NCBI GenBank assembly: GCA_964399945.1
Contig: CAYNRT010000002.1
Coordinates: forward strand, 1 to 32,782
Reading direction: 5' to 3'
DNA from: an uncultured Candidatus Saccharibacteria bacterium
GTDB lineage: Bacteria; Patescibacteriota; Minisyncoccia; Minisyncoccales; CG1-02-41-26
DNA: 32,782 nucleotides
The notes under the pieces are model-generated. The model saw nothing but the letters and a program-made list of their open reading frames with translations. It did no database searches and was not told the DNA's origin. The translations under genes and the position numbers were made by a program. Shown here one piece after another: positions 25,385 through 32,496 of this stretch (position 1 is its first letter; every line of letters begins with the position of its first letter).

Positions 25385-26098
25385 ATGCTTAAAGAATTAA
25401 TAGATAAATTTTATTCAGACAAGAATACTGATAGGGAGCAGACGCATTTTTACATTACTGACGCAGGCAAGTGTCCGCGTTCAATTTTCTTTAAATTTAA
25501 AAAAGCTCCTCGTAAAGAGATGGATGCGCGCATATTAAGGATATTTGAACAAGGAGAATCAATGCACCAGCTGATAATGAAGGCACTTTTTGGCATTCGT
25601 GATATTCATGTTGTGGCTTCTGAAGTAAATATGCCTCCCCAAGAAATAATTTCCGGTCGTGCCGATGCTATTATAAGTATGAACAACGAGCTTTATGTTG
25701 TTGATTTTAAAAGCATGAACAGTATGGTTTTTCGTGCTTTGACCGCTCCAAAAGAAGAAAATATTTACCAATTACAGCTTTATCTGCATTTCTTTAAAAT
25801 TAAGAAGGGCATTCTCCTTTATATCGATAAAGATAAACAAGAACTTAAAGAATTTATTATTGAATACGATCCGCAGCTTTGCAGGCGTCTCTTAAAGCAG
25901 TTTAAAGAATTGGAGGAGAAGATAAACAAAGATATTGTACCTGCTGCTTTAGCGGATTATCCAAGCAATTGGCAGTGCAGCTATTGCCAGTTTAGAAGCA
26001 TATGCGACAAAGCCGGAGAAAACGAACTTGATTGGAAAGCTTTTAAAGAGAAAATTACAGCGGCTGAAAAGACGGAAGAAGAACCGCTTTCTCCATAA
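25385..26098 (+). CDS. Stand-alone Cas4-like PD-(D/E)xK nuclease with Cys4 (putative 4Fe-4S) signature
   Basis: C30 is near the N-terminus. The nuclease motifs are GRADAI...VVDFK (D...D.K) and QLQLYL (Q...Y). The C-terminal cluster is C201-x2-C204-x5-C210 (CSYCQFRSIC). Confidence 0.7.
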   Translation: MLKELIDKFYSDKNTDREQTHFYITDAGKCPRSIFFKFKKAPRKEMDARILRIFEQGESMHQLIMKALFGIRDIHVVASEVNMPPQEIISGRADAIISMNNELYVVDFKSMNSMVFRALTAPKEENIYQLQLYLHFFKIKKGILLYIDKDKQELKEFIIEYDPQLCRRLLKQFKELEEKINKDIVPAALADYPSNWQCSYCQFRSICDKAGENELDWKAFKEKITAAEKTEEEPLSP

Positions 26099-26119
26099 TA
26101 ATAAGCTTAATACAGGACT

Positions 26120-27376
26120 ATGATGGATAAATTTATAATCAAAGGCGGAAAAAAACTTAAAGGGGAAATTAAGGTGAACGGAGCAAAAAATTCAGCAGGC
26201 CCGATTTTAGCGGCTACACTTTTAACAAAAGAAGAATGCCTTATTGGCAATATTCCTAAAGTTTCAGACATATTAGATATGGTGGATATTCTGGAGAATT
26301 TAGGCAAAGAAGTTGAATGGGTTGGGGAACGGCAGGTCAGGATTAAAGGGGGCGACCTCAATCCTTTAAAAATGGATTTTGAAAAGGTTTCTAAATCAAG
26401 AGTTTCTGTGCTTTTAATAGGCGCTCTTTTGCCAAGGGTGAGAGAGTTTAAAATGTCACGGCCGGGTGGAGACAGAATAGGCCTGCGTCCGATCAATATC
26501 CATTTGGAGGCTTTGAAAAATTTGGGTGTTGAAATTGAAGAGGAAGGCGATTTTTACTATTTAAAATCAAAGTCCATTAAAGGAGCAGATATTGTTTTAT
26601 CTGAATTTAGCGTTACAGCTACGGAAAATTTAATCCTTGCTTCGGTTTTAGCTCAGGGGAAAACTATTATTCACGGCGCGGCCGAAGAGCCGCAGGTTGA
26701 AGACTTGGCTTCTTTTCTGAATAAAATGGGAGCGCGGGTTAAAAATGTAGGAAGTCATTGCTGGGAGATAAACGGAGTGGAAAAACTAAAGGGGGCGGAA
26801 CATGAGCTTATTCCCGACCCAAACGAAGCAGGCACTTTTTTAGCGATAGGAGCGGCTTGCGCCGAAAAGCTTAGGGTTAAAAATATTAATCCAAAACATT
26901 TGACTTTATTCTTAAAAAAGCTTCGGCAGGCAGGAGTTGCTTTTCAGGAAAGAACTGATGAAATAGAGGTAGAAGGGCAGGACTGCTTTAAGCCCGTGAA
27001 AATACAGGCTCTTCCTTATCCAGGTTTTCCAACCGATCTCTTGCCTTTAGTTGTTCCTCTTTTAACACAGGCTGTCGGTAAAAGCTTAATTCATGATCCT
27101 TTGTATGAGAACAGGCTTAATTATGTGCAGGAACTGCGGAAGATGGGAGCTGATATTGAAATTGTCGACCCTCACCGCGCCTTTGTTTTCGGCAAAACAC
27201 CGCTGAGAGGTATGACGATTGAATCTTGGGATATTAGGGCTGGGGCCTCTTTGCTTCTTGCTGGGTTAATGGCCTTTGGCGCGACCACATTAAAAAATAT
27301 TAGTCAGATAGATCGTGGATATGAGAAAATAGAGGAACGTTTAAAGGCAATAGGCGCAGACATAGTGCGGCTTTGA
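26120..27376 (+). CDS. murA: UDP-N-acetylglucosamine 1-carboxyvinyltransferase, Asp-type active site
   Basis: F.I.GG..L.G.I.V.GAKNS..PI.AA.LL start, full-length EPSP-synthase-fold pattern, and loop RPGGDRIGLRP with Asp118 where E. coli has Cys115. Confidence 0.94.
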   Translation: MMDKFIIKGGKKLKGEIKVNGAKNSAGPILAATLLTKEECLIGNIPKVSDILDMVDILENLGKEVEWVGERQVRIKGGDLNPLKMDFEKVSKSRVSVLLIGALLPRVREFKMSRPGGDRIGLRPINIHLEALKNLGVEIEEEGDFYYLKSKSIKGADIVLSEFSVTATENLILASVLAQGKTIIHGAAEEPQVEDLASFLNKMGARVKNVGSHCWEINGVEKLKGAEHELIPDPNEAGTFLAIGAACAEKLRVKNINPKHLTLFLKKLRQAGVAFQERTDEIEVEGQDCFKPVKIQALPYPGFPTDLLPLVVPLLTQAVGKSLIHDPLYENRLNYVQELRKMGADIEIVDPHRAFVFGKTPLRGMTIESWDIRAGASLLLAGLMAFGATTLKNISQIDRGYEKIEERLKAIGADIVRL

Positions 27377-27429
27377 CAAATGAAAGAGATTAAGATTTGC
27401 TATTAAAGCATAAACTGCGTTGTAAATAT

Positions 27430-28437
27430 ATGTTTATAACAAAAATAGCAATAGACCTTGGAACTTGTAATTCATTAGTTTCAGTGCCTAAAAAGGGAAT
27501 AGTGCTGGAGGAGCCTTCGGTTGTTGCTTTATCTGAAACAAATAAGAAAATTTTAGCAGTAGGGGAAGAGGCAAAACTAATGATAGGCAGGACGCCTGAC
27601 GACATTAAAGTTTATCGGCCGTTAAAGGATGGGGTGATTGCTGATTATAAGGTGACGCGGGCAATGCTGAAGTATTTTATAGACAAGGCGCAGAAAGGAT
27701 TTAATCCGCTGAAGCCTGATTTGATTATCTCTGTTCCTGCTGGCTCAAGTTCTACGGAAAGGAGAGCTGTGATTAAAGCCGCTTTAAGTGCCGGCGCAAA
27801 AAGAGCTTTTGTTGCCAAGGAACCCATCTTAGCCGCAATAGGAGCAGGGATTCCCATTAATTCAACGCAAGGAAATATGGTTGTTGATATCGGGGGTGGA
27901 ACTTCAGAGATAGCCGTAATATCACTGGGGGGCATTGTAGCTTCTGATTCAATAAGAATTGGAGGAGATAAAATGGATGCCGCTGTAGCGGATTATGTAA
28001 AAAAGAAATATAATTTAGCTGTAGGAACACAATCTGCCGAAGAAGTGAAAATTAAGATAGGGGCTGCTGTTCCTCGCCGGAAGGAAGAAACCATAGAAGT
28101 ACGCGGCAGAGATTTAGTTTCCGGACTGCCAAAAAACATTAAACTTTCTTCCAACGAATTAGTGGAAGCCTTAAAAGATGTCTTAGAAGGAATTGTCAGG
28201 GCAGTGCGGCAGGTTTTAAGAATGACTCCTCCGGAACTAGCGGCAGATATTATGGATAAAGGAATGATTCTTACGGGCGGCGGTTCTCTTTTAAGAGGTC
28301 TTGATCAGCTCATAGCCAAAAAGACGGGAGTTCCTTGTTTTGTTGCCGATGATGCGCTTTATTGTGTTGTTAAAGGAATAAGCGCTGTGCTGGAAAACTT
28401 GGATACTTATAAAAGGACTATTTCAAGCAGAAAATAA
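27430..28437 (+). CDS. mreB: Rod-shape/actin-like protein MreB (paralogue 1)
   Basis: IAIDLGT.NSLV, EPSVVA, GR.P......RPLKDGVIADY, VVDIGGGT.E.AVISLGG, LTGGGSLLRGLD. ATG 27430 was chosen by homology. Confidence 0.93.
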   Translation: MFITKIAIDLGTCNSLVSVPKKGIVLEEPSVVALSETNKKILAVGEEAKLMIGRTPDDIKVYRPLKDGVIADYKVTRAMLKYFIDKAQKGFNPLKPDLIISVPAGSSSTERRAVIKAALSAGAKRAFVAKEPILAAIGAGIPINSTQGNMVVDIGGGTSEIAVISLGGIVASDSIRIGGDKMDAAVADYVKKKYNLAVGTQSAEEVKIKIGAAVPRRKEETIEVRGRDLVSGLPKNIKLSSNELVEALKDVLEGIVRAVRQVLRMTPPELAADIMDKGMILTGGGSLLRGLDQLIAKKTGVPCFVADDALYCVVKGISAVLENLDTYKRTISSRK

Positions 28438-28444
28438 TAAGTTT

Positions 28445-29260
28445 ATGCTTGAAGATGTTTGGCTGTTTCTAAAAAAACTTGTTGAAAATGAAAAAGTGCC
28501 GCAGTCCCTTATCTTTTTGGGTTCGCCGCAGAGCGAGAAAAGCGCTCTCGCTATGCGCTTTGCCGCTCTATTAAACTGTTTAAGGTCTGAATCTAAGCCT
28601 TGCGGCAGATGTCTTTCCTGCCGTTTACTGGAAACGGATAGGAATCCGGATATAAAAACAATTAAATGGAGCCCTGATTCCTCCATTGGCATAGGTGAAA
28701 TTAGAGAGATGAAGCAGGAATTAAGCTTAATGCCGCGCTTGTTCCGCAGAAAAGTTATTATTTTGGAAAATGCTGACAGGCTCAACATTTATGCGCAAAG
28801 CGCACTTTTAAAGCTTTTAGAAGAACCTTGTGAAAGTAGTGTTGTAATTCTTATCAGTGAACATCGAGCCGCTCTACTGCCCACAATTCATTCGCGCTGT
28901 CAAGTAATAAAATTCCCAAGTCCTGCATCCGGCATTTTAGAAAAGGATTTTTTGGAAATGGAACGATTTTTTAATTTCAATTTAGGGGAAAAACTACTAT
29001 TTTTACAAAAAGAATTCGGCAAACAAGCCTCGGCCGAAGATATAATAATGTTCTTGAATAAGCTGGAAAGCTTCTTAAGACAAATTTTACTGGAGAAAAT
29101 AGGCGTAAGACGCGCAGGAAAAAGGGGAGTCGAATTATTAGAACAACCGTTAAAAGAATTAAGCAGAGCGCTTGATCTGTTGGCAGAAAAAAGAAATATT
29201 ATTCTTTTTTCTAATGTCAATCCGCGACTTGCCGCAGAAAGCCTAGTTTTGGAAATTTAA
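28445..29260 (+). CDS. holB: DNA polymerase III delta-prime subunit (clamp-loader AAA+ with degenerate P-loop)
   Basis: P.SLIF.G...(degenerate Walker A)...A..FA..L.C...... is followed by C.RC.SC.....NPD (zinc module). Also present are a box like V.I.E.AD.L and an SRC motif (HSRCQ). Confidence 0.8.
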   Translation: MLEDVWLFLKKLVENEKVPQSLIFLGSPQSEKSALAMRFAALLNCLRSESKPCGRCLSCRLLETDRNPDIKTIKWSPDSSIGIGEIREMKQELSLMPRLFRRKVIILENADRLNIYAQSALLKLLEEPCESSVVILISEHRAALLPTIHSRCQVIKFPSPASGILEKDFLEMERFFNFNLGEKLLFLQKEFGKQASAEDIIMFLNKLESFLRQILLEKIGVRRAGKRGVELLEQPLKELSRALDLLAEKRNIILFSNVNPRLAAESLVLEI

Positions 29261-29359
29261 GCTTATGGACAAGGGAAAAAGTATTTATTAAAATTAAAAG
29301 AAAGGCATATAATAATTCGCGGTAAGCTTGAATGTACCGCATAAACATAGATATAAAAT

Positions 29360-29917
29360 ATGGAAGAAAATGAAATTCTCTCAAAATTAGAAGAAAGGCT
29401 AAAGCAAATAAAAGAGGCATTTGCTTCGCAGTTAAGAGAAATGAGGGCTGGCCGGTTGTCAGTTTCTTTAATTCAGGATATAAAGGTTGAGTGTTTTGGT
29501 TCGGTTGTGCCGTTGAAACAACTAGGCGCTGTTTCTGTTCTTTCCCAAAGAGAATTATTGGTTCAGGTGTGGGACAGAAGTTATATTGAAAGTATTGTTA
29601 AAGCTATAGAACAGAGGAAAACAGGGCTGGGAGTACGCATTGAAGGAACGGAAATTCGCCTTTCCGCACCTCCTTTAACTGAAGAGAGCAAAAAAGCTCT
29701 TATTACAACGCTTAATCAGCAGAAAGAAAAGACCTTTCAAACCTTTCGTCGTCTGCGCGATAAAACTTGGAAAGAAATCCAAAGATTGTTTCAAGATAAG
29801 GAAATAAGCGAGAACGAAAAATATAAGCAAAAGGAAAAAATGGAAGAGGTAATAAAAAAGTTCCGGAAAGAAATTGAAGAAATGGCCGAAGCGAAAGAAA
29901 AAGAGATAAAAATATAA
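29360..29917 (+). CDS. frr: Ribosome recycling factor
   Basis: L...R.GR.S..L...I.VE.YG...PL.QLA..S....R.L....WD, PPLTEE.RK and R..R. Confidence 0.93.
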   Translation: MEENEILSKLEERLKQIKEAFASQLREMRAGRLSVSLIQDIKVECFGSVVPLKQLGAVSVLSQRELLVQVWDRSYIESIVKAIEQRKTGLGVRIEGTEIRLSAPPLTEESKKALITTLNQQKEKTFQTFRRLRDKTWKEIQRLFQDKEISENEKYKQKEKMEEVIKKFRKEIEEMAEAKEKEIKI

Positions 29918-29930
29918 AAAGACAGAAGAT

Positions 29931-30971
29931 ATGCTGATTATTTCAATTCTTCTTGTTGCTGCTGTCTTAATTTTTCTTCTCATCATCCATGAATTAGGGC
30001 ATTTTGTGGCAGCAAAAAAAATGGGAGTGATTGTTGAGGAATTTGGGCTTGGTTATCCGCCAAGAATATTCGGAAAAAAAATAAAAGGTACTCTTTACTC
30101 GCTGAACCTTCTGCCCTTTGGAGCTTTTGTTAGGATGCTTGGCGAGGAAAAAGAGATAAAAAAGAAGGGCAGTTTTTCTTCCAAACCCGTCTGGCAAAGG
30201 GCAGTTATTGTTTTTGGAGGAGTTGCTTCTTTCTGGCTTACGGCATTTTTAATATTTACTTTAGTAGCAAGTATTTGGGGTATGCCGCGAGCTGTTTCTG
30301 ATTCTTTCCCGGGCCGTGCTTTTGTGCAGGTTGTTCATGTTGCGCCGAATTCTCCTGCCTCGAGAGCGGGGATAGAGCCCGGCGATATAATTCTTGGGCT
30401 TGATAAAATAGATGATATCCAATATTTTATTAAGCTTTACAAGGGCAATGAGGTGGTTATAAAGCTAAAAAGAGGGAAAAAGATATTAGAAAAGCATGTA
30501 GTGCCGCGTTCTCTGCCTCCAGAAGGACAAGGACCTCTCGGTGTTGGGCTGGTAAGAGTAAGCAAAATAAAATCGCCTTGGCCGGAAGCTTTATGGGTCG
30601 GCTTGAAGGCAACGACCCAGCGAACATTCTTTATAATTGATTCTCTGAAATCTCTCTTGAGCAGAAAAAGAACTGTTGGGCTTCAAGTTGTTGGCCCTAT
30701 TGGGGTTGGCGCTATGATGAGCCAGGCTTTAGGGGCGGGAATTGATAATTTTCTCCTTTTTACCGCAATGATCGCTATTTGGCTGGCTATCTTCAATCTC
30801 TTGCCCATACCTGCTTTAGACGGAGGCAGACTCCTTTTTTTAGGGATTGAAGCGCTTAGGAGAAAGCCTCTGCCTCGGCGCTGGGAAGAAAGGGCTAATG
30901 GCTTCTTTTTCCTGCTTTTGGTTGTTTTGATGGCTTTTGTAACTATTAAAGACATTGTGAAGCTGTTTTAA
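29931..30971 (+). CDS. rseP: RseP/RasP-type site-2 protease (M50 zinc metalloprotease with one PDZ domain)
   Basis: HELGHF (HExxH) lies in TM1. The PDZ-like segment is V...SPA..AGI.PGD.I, followed by NLLPIPALDGGRL. Confidence 0.9.
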   Translation: MLIISILLVAAVLIFLLIIHELGHFVAAKKMGVIVEEFGLGYPPRIFGKKIKGTLYSLNLLPFGAFVRMLGEEKEIKKKGSFSSKPVWQRAVIVFGGVASFWLTAFLIFTLVASIWGMPRAVSDSFPGRAFVQVVHVAPNSPASRAGIEPGDIILGLDKIDDIQYFIKLYKGNEVVIKLKRGKKILEKHVVPRSLPPEGQGPLGVGLVRVSKIKSPWPEALWVGLKATTQRTFFIIDSLKSLLSRKRTVGLQVVGPIGVGAMMSQALGAGIDNFLLFTAMIAIWLAIFNLLPIPALDGGRLLFLGIEALRRKPLPRRWEERANGFFFLLLVVLMAFVTIKDIVKLF

Positions 30972-31007
30972 GTGGCTTTTTAGGTTTGATTGACAAGATT
31001 GGATGTT

Positions 31008-31036
31008 AAAACCGGAGCCTTGTAGGGCTCCGGTTT
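31008..31036 (+). terminator. Strong stem-loop after rseP (probable intrinsic terminator with a short T-tract)
   Basis: AAACCGGAGCC (31009-31019), loop TTGTAG, GGCTCCGGTTT (31026-36). This is an 11-bp perfect stem followed by GAGGTTT. Confidence 0.5.
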
Positions 31037-31116
31037 GAGGTTTAGTCGCACTAATCGCTTTTTATATAAAATGTTAACGTTCTTTTACTCATAACATTAC
31101 CAGTTTACATAAGATA

Positions 31117-31145
31117 TTGCTTATTTTCTGTGTTTAGGTTAAATT
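31117..31145 (+). promoter_or_regulatory. Candidate promoter for proS (TTGCTT-17 nt-TAAATT), placing the TSS at or next to the ATG
   Basis: The hexamers lie at 31117-31122 and 31140-31145, and the proS ATG is at 31153. No purine-rich SD lies between them. Confidence 0.25.
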
Positions 31146-31152
31146 AAATAAT

Positions 31153-32448
31153 ATGCGGCAATCTGAACTATTTACTAAAACATTAAGGGAGGCGCCAAAA
31201 AAGGAAAAAAGTTTAAATGCGATTTTTCTACAAAGGGCTGGTTTTATCCATAAAGAAATGGCCGGCGTTTATACTTTTTTACCGCTGGGTTTGCGTGTCC
31301 TTAGGAAAATAGAAAATATTGTTAGGGAAGAAGTGAAAGCTATAGCTGCCCAGGAAGTTTTGATGAGCGTTCTCCAGCCGAAAGAGATATGGGAGAAAAC
31401 AGGGCGCTGGTCAAAGGGGCTTGGCAGGGAAGTAATGTATAAATCCTTTAATTCGCCAGAGGGCTTAAAAAAAGGAGAGATTGGGCTGGGTCCGACCCAC
31501 GAGGAAATGATAACCAATATTGTTAAGAATTATGTAAAATCTTATGAGGATTTGCCTTTATATGTTTTCCAGGTACAGACAAAGTTTCGGCGGGAGCCGC
31601 GGCCGCGGTCAGGGCTTCTTAGAGGGAGGGAATTTGGCATGAAAGATCTTTACAGCTTTCATTCTTGCGAGAAGGATTTTAAAGATTATTATGAAAAAGT
31701 AAAAAAAGCTTATTTCAAGATATTTAAAAGATGCGGGTTGGAGGCAGTGCTTACTGAAGCGTCAGGCGCTGGTTTTACACAGGGCTTTACTCATGAATTT
31801 CAAGTTTTGAGCGAAACAGGCGAGGATAGGATAATATGCTGTCCCAAAGGAGATTTTGCTCGCAATAAGGAAATAAGCAAAGTAAGGGCAGGAGGCAAGT
31901 GTCCTGTTTGCGGCAGTATTTTAGAAGAAAAAAAGAGTATTGAAGTTGGCAACATTTTTCCGCTTGGTAAAAAATATTCCGAAGCTATGGACGCTTACTT
32001 CTTTGATCAGCAGGGCAGGAAAAAACCCATTATTATGGGGTGTTACGGCTTGGGAACTTCGCGGCTAATGGGTGCTGTAGTTGAAATTTTTCATGACAAC
32101 AAAGGAATAATCTGGCCCGAAGAGATAGCTCCCTTTAAAGCCCATTTATTATATCTATCTTCCACTAAATCAGAGTTTGCCGGAAAAGTTAAGGAAGCGG
32201 CTGAAACAACTTATAAATTTTTAAAAGATAAAGGCATAAGTGTGCTTTATGATGACCGGAAGGGCAAATCTCCCGGAGAGAAATTTGCTGATGCTGATTT
32301 AATCGGTATTCCTTGGCGTTTAGTAATAAGTGAAGCAGTGGTAAAAATGAAGGGGAACAATGTTGAAATAAAGAAAAGGGATGCTGAAGAAATGCAGGTT
32401 GTTAGTTTGAATAAAGCAGCCGAAATTTTAATGAAACAAGCGGTATAA
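31153..32448 (+). CDS. proS: Proline--tRNA ligase, bacterial-type but lacking the INS editing domain (431 aa)
   Basis: MR.S.LF..TL.E.P...E..S...L.RAGFI......G.Y..LPLG.RVL.KIE.I.REE start, class II motifs 2 and 3, and a C-terminal anticodon-binding domain. A short Cys-containing segment sits where INS normally lies. Confidence 0.9.
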   Translation: MRQSELFTKTLREAPKKEKSLNAIFLQRAGFIHKEMAGVYTFLPLGLRVLRKIENIVREEVKAIAAQEVLMSVLQPKEIWEKTGRWSKGLGREVMYKSFNSPEGLKKGEIGLGPTHEEMITNIVKNYVKSYEDLPLYVFQVQTKFRREPRPRSGLLRGREFGMKDLYSFHSCEKDFKDYYEKVKKAYFKIFKRCGLEAVLTEASGAGFTQGFTHEFQVLSETGEDRIICCPKGDFARNKEISKVRAGGKCPVCGSILEEKKSIEVGNIFPLGKKYSEAMDAYFFDQQGRKKPIIMGCYGLGTSRLMGAVVEIFHDNKGIIWPEEIAPFKAHLLYLSSTKSEFAGKVKEAAETTYKFLKDKGISVLYDDRKGKSPGEKFADADLIGIPWRLVISEAVVKMKGNNVEIKKRDAEEMQVVSLNKAAEILMKQAV

Positions 32449-32496
32449 TAAAAAAGAGGCCGATTAAGATTAGAGTGCGGCCGATAATAACTAAGT

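Noticed and set aside
25385-26098. A CRISPR array or cas operon associated with the Cas4-like gene.
   Set aside because: No direct-repeat/spacer periodicity is visible anywhere in the window. The neighbours are rpsI and murA, with spacers of 7 and 21 nt.
7149-27376. Possible alternative genetic code (TGA read as an amino acid, as in some CPR lineages).
   Set aside because: TGA terminates rplV (7149-7151), the 427-aa ORF (20940-20942), infA (21203-21205, immediately followed by TAG) and murA (27374-27376). These positions agree with the normal protein ends, and no conserved gene has an in-frame TGA. The standard bacterial code fits.
1803-27429. 5'-extended start positions in the ORF track for tuf (1803), rplB (5525), rplF (10670), rplR (11250), rpsD (22282), alaS (17612), mreB (27397), adk (13962) and secY (12657).
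   Set aside because: The extra residues have no counterpart in the conserved N-termini. They often overlap the upstream gene and use TTG/GTG or poorly placed codons. Downstream ATGs reproduce canonical N-termini and carry the window-typical T at -1.
30990-31012. A perfect TTGACA at 30990-30995, as a possible promoter after rseP.
   Set aside because: No acceptable -10 lies at 16-18 nt spacing. The TGTTAAAAC nearby is only 11 nt away and overlaps the terminator-like hairpin.
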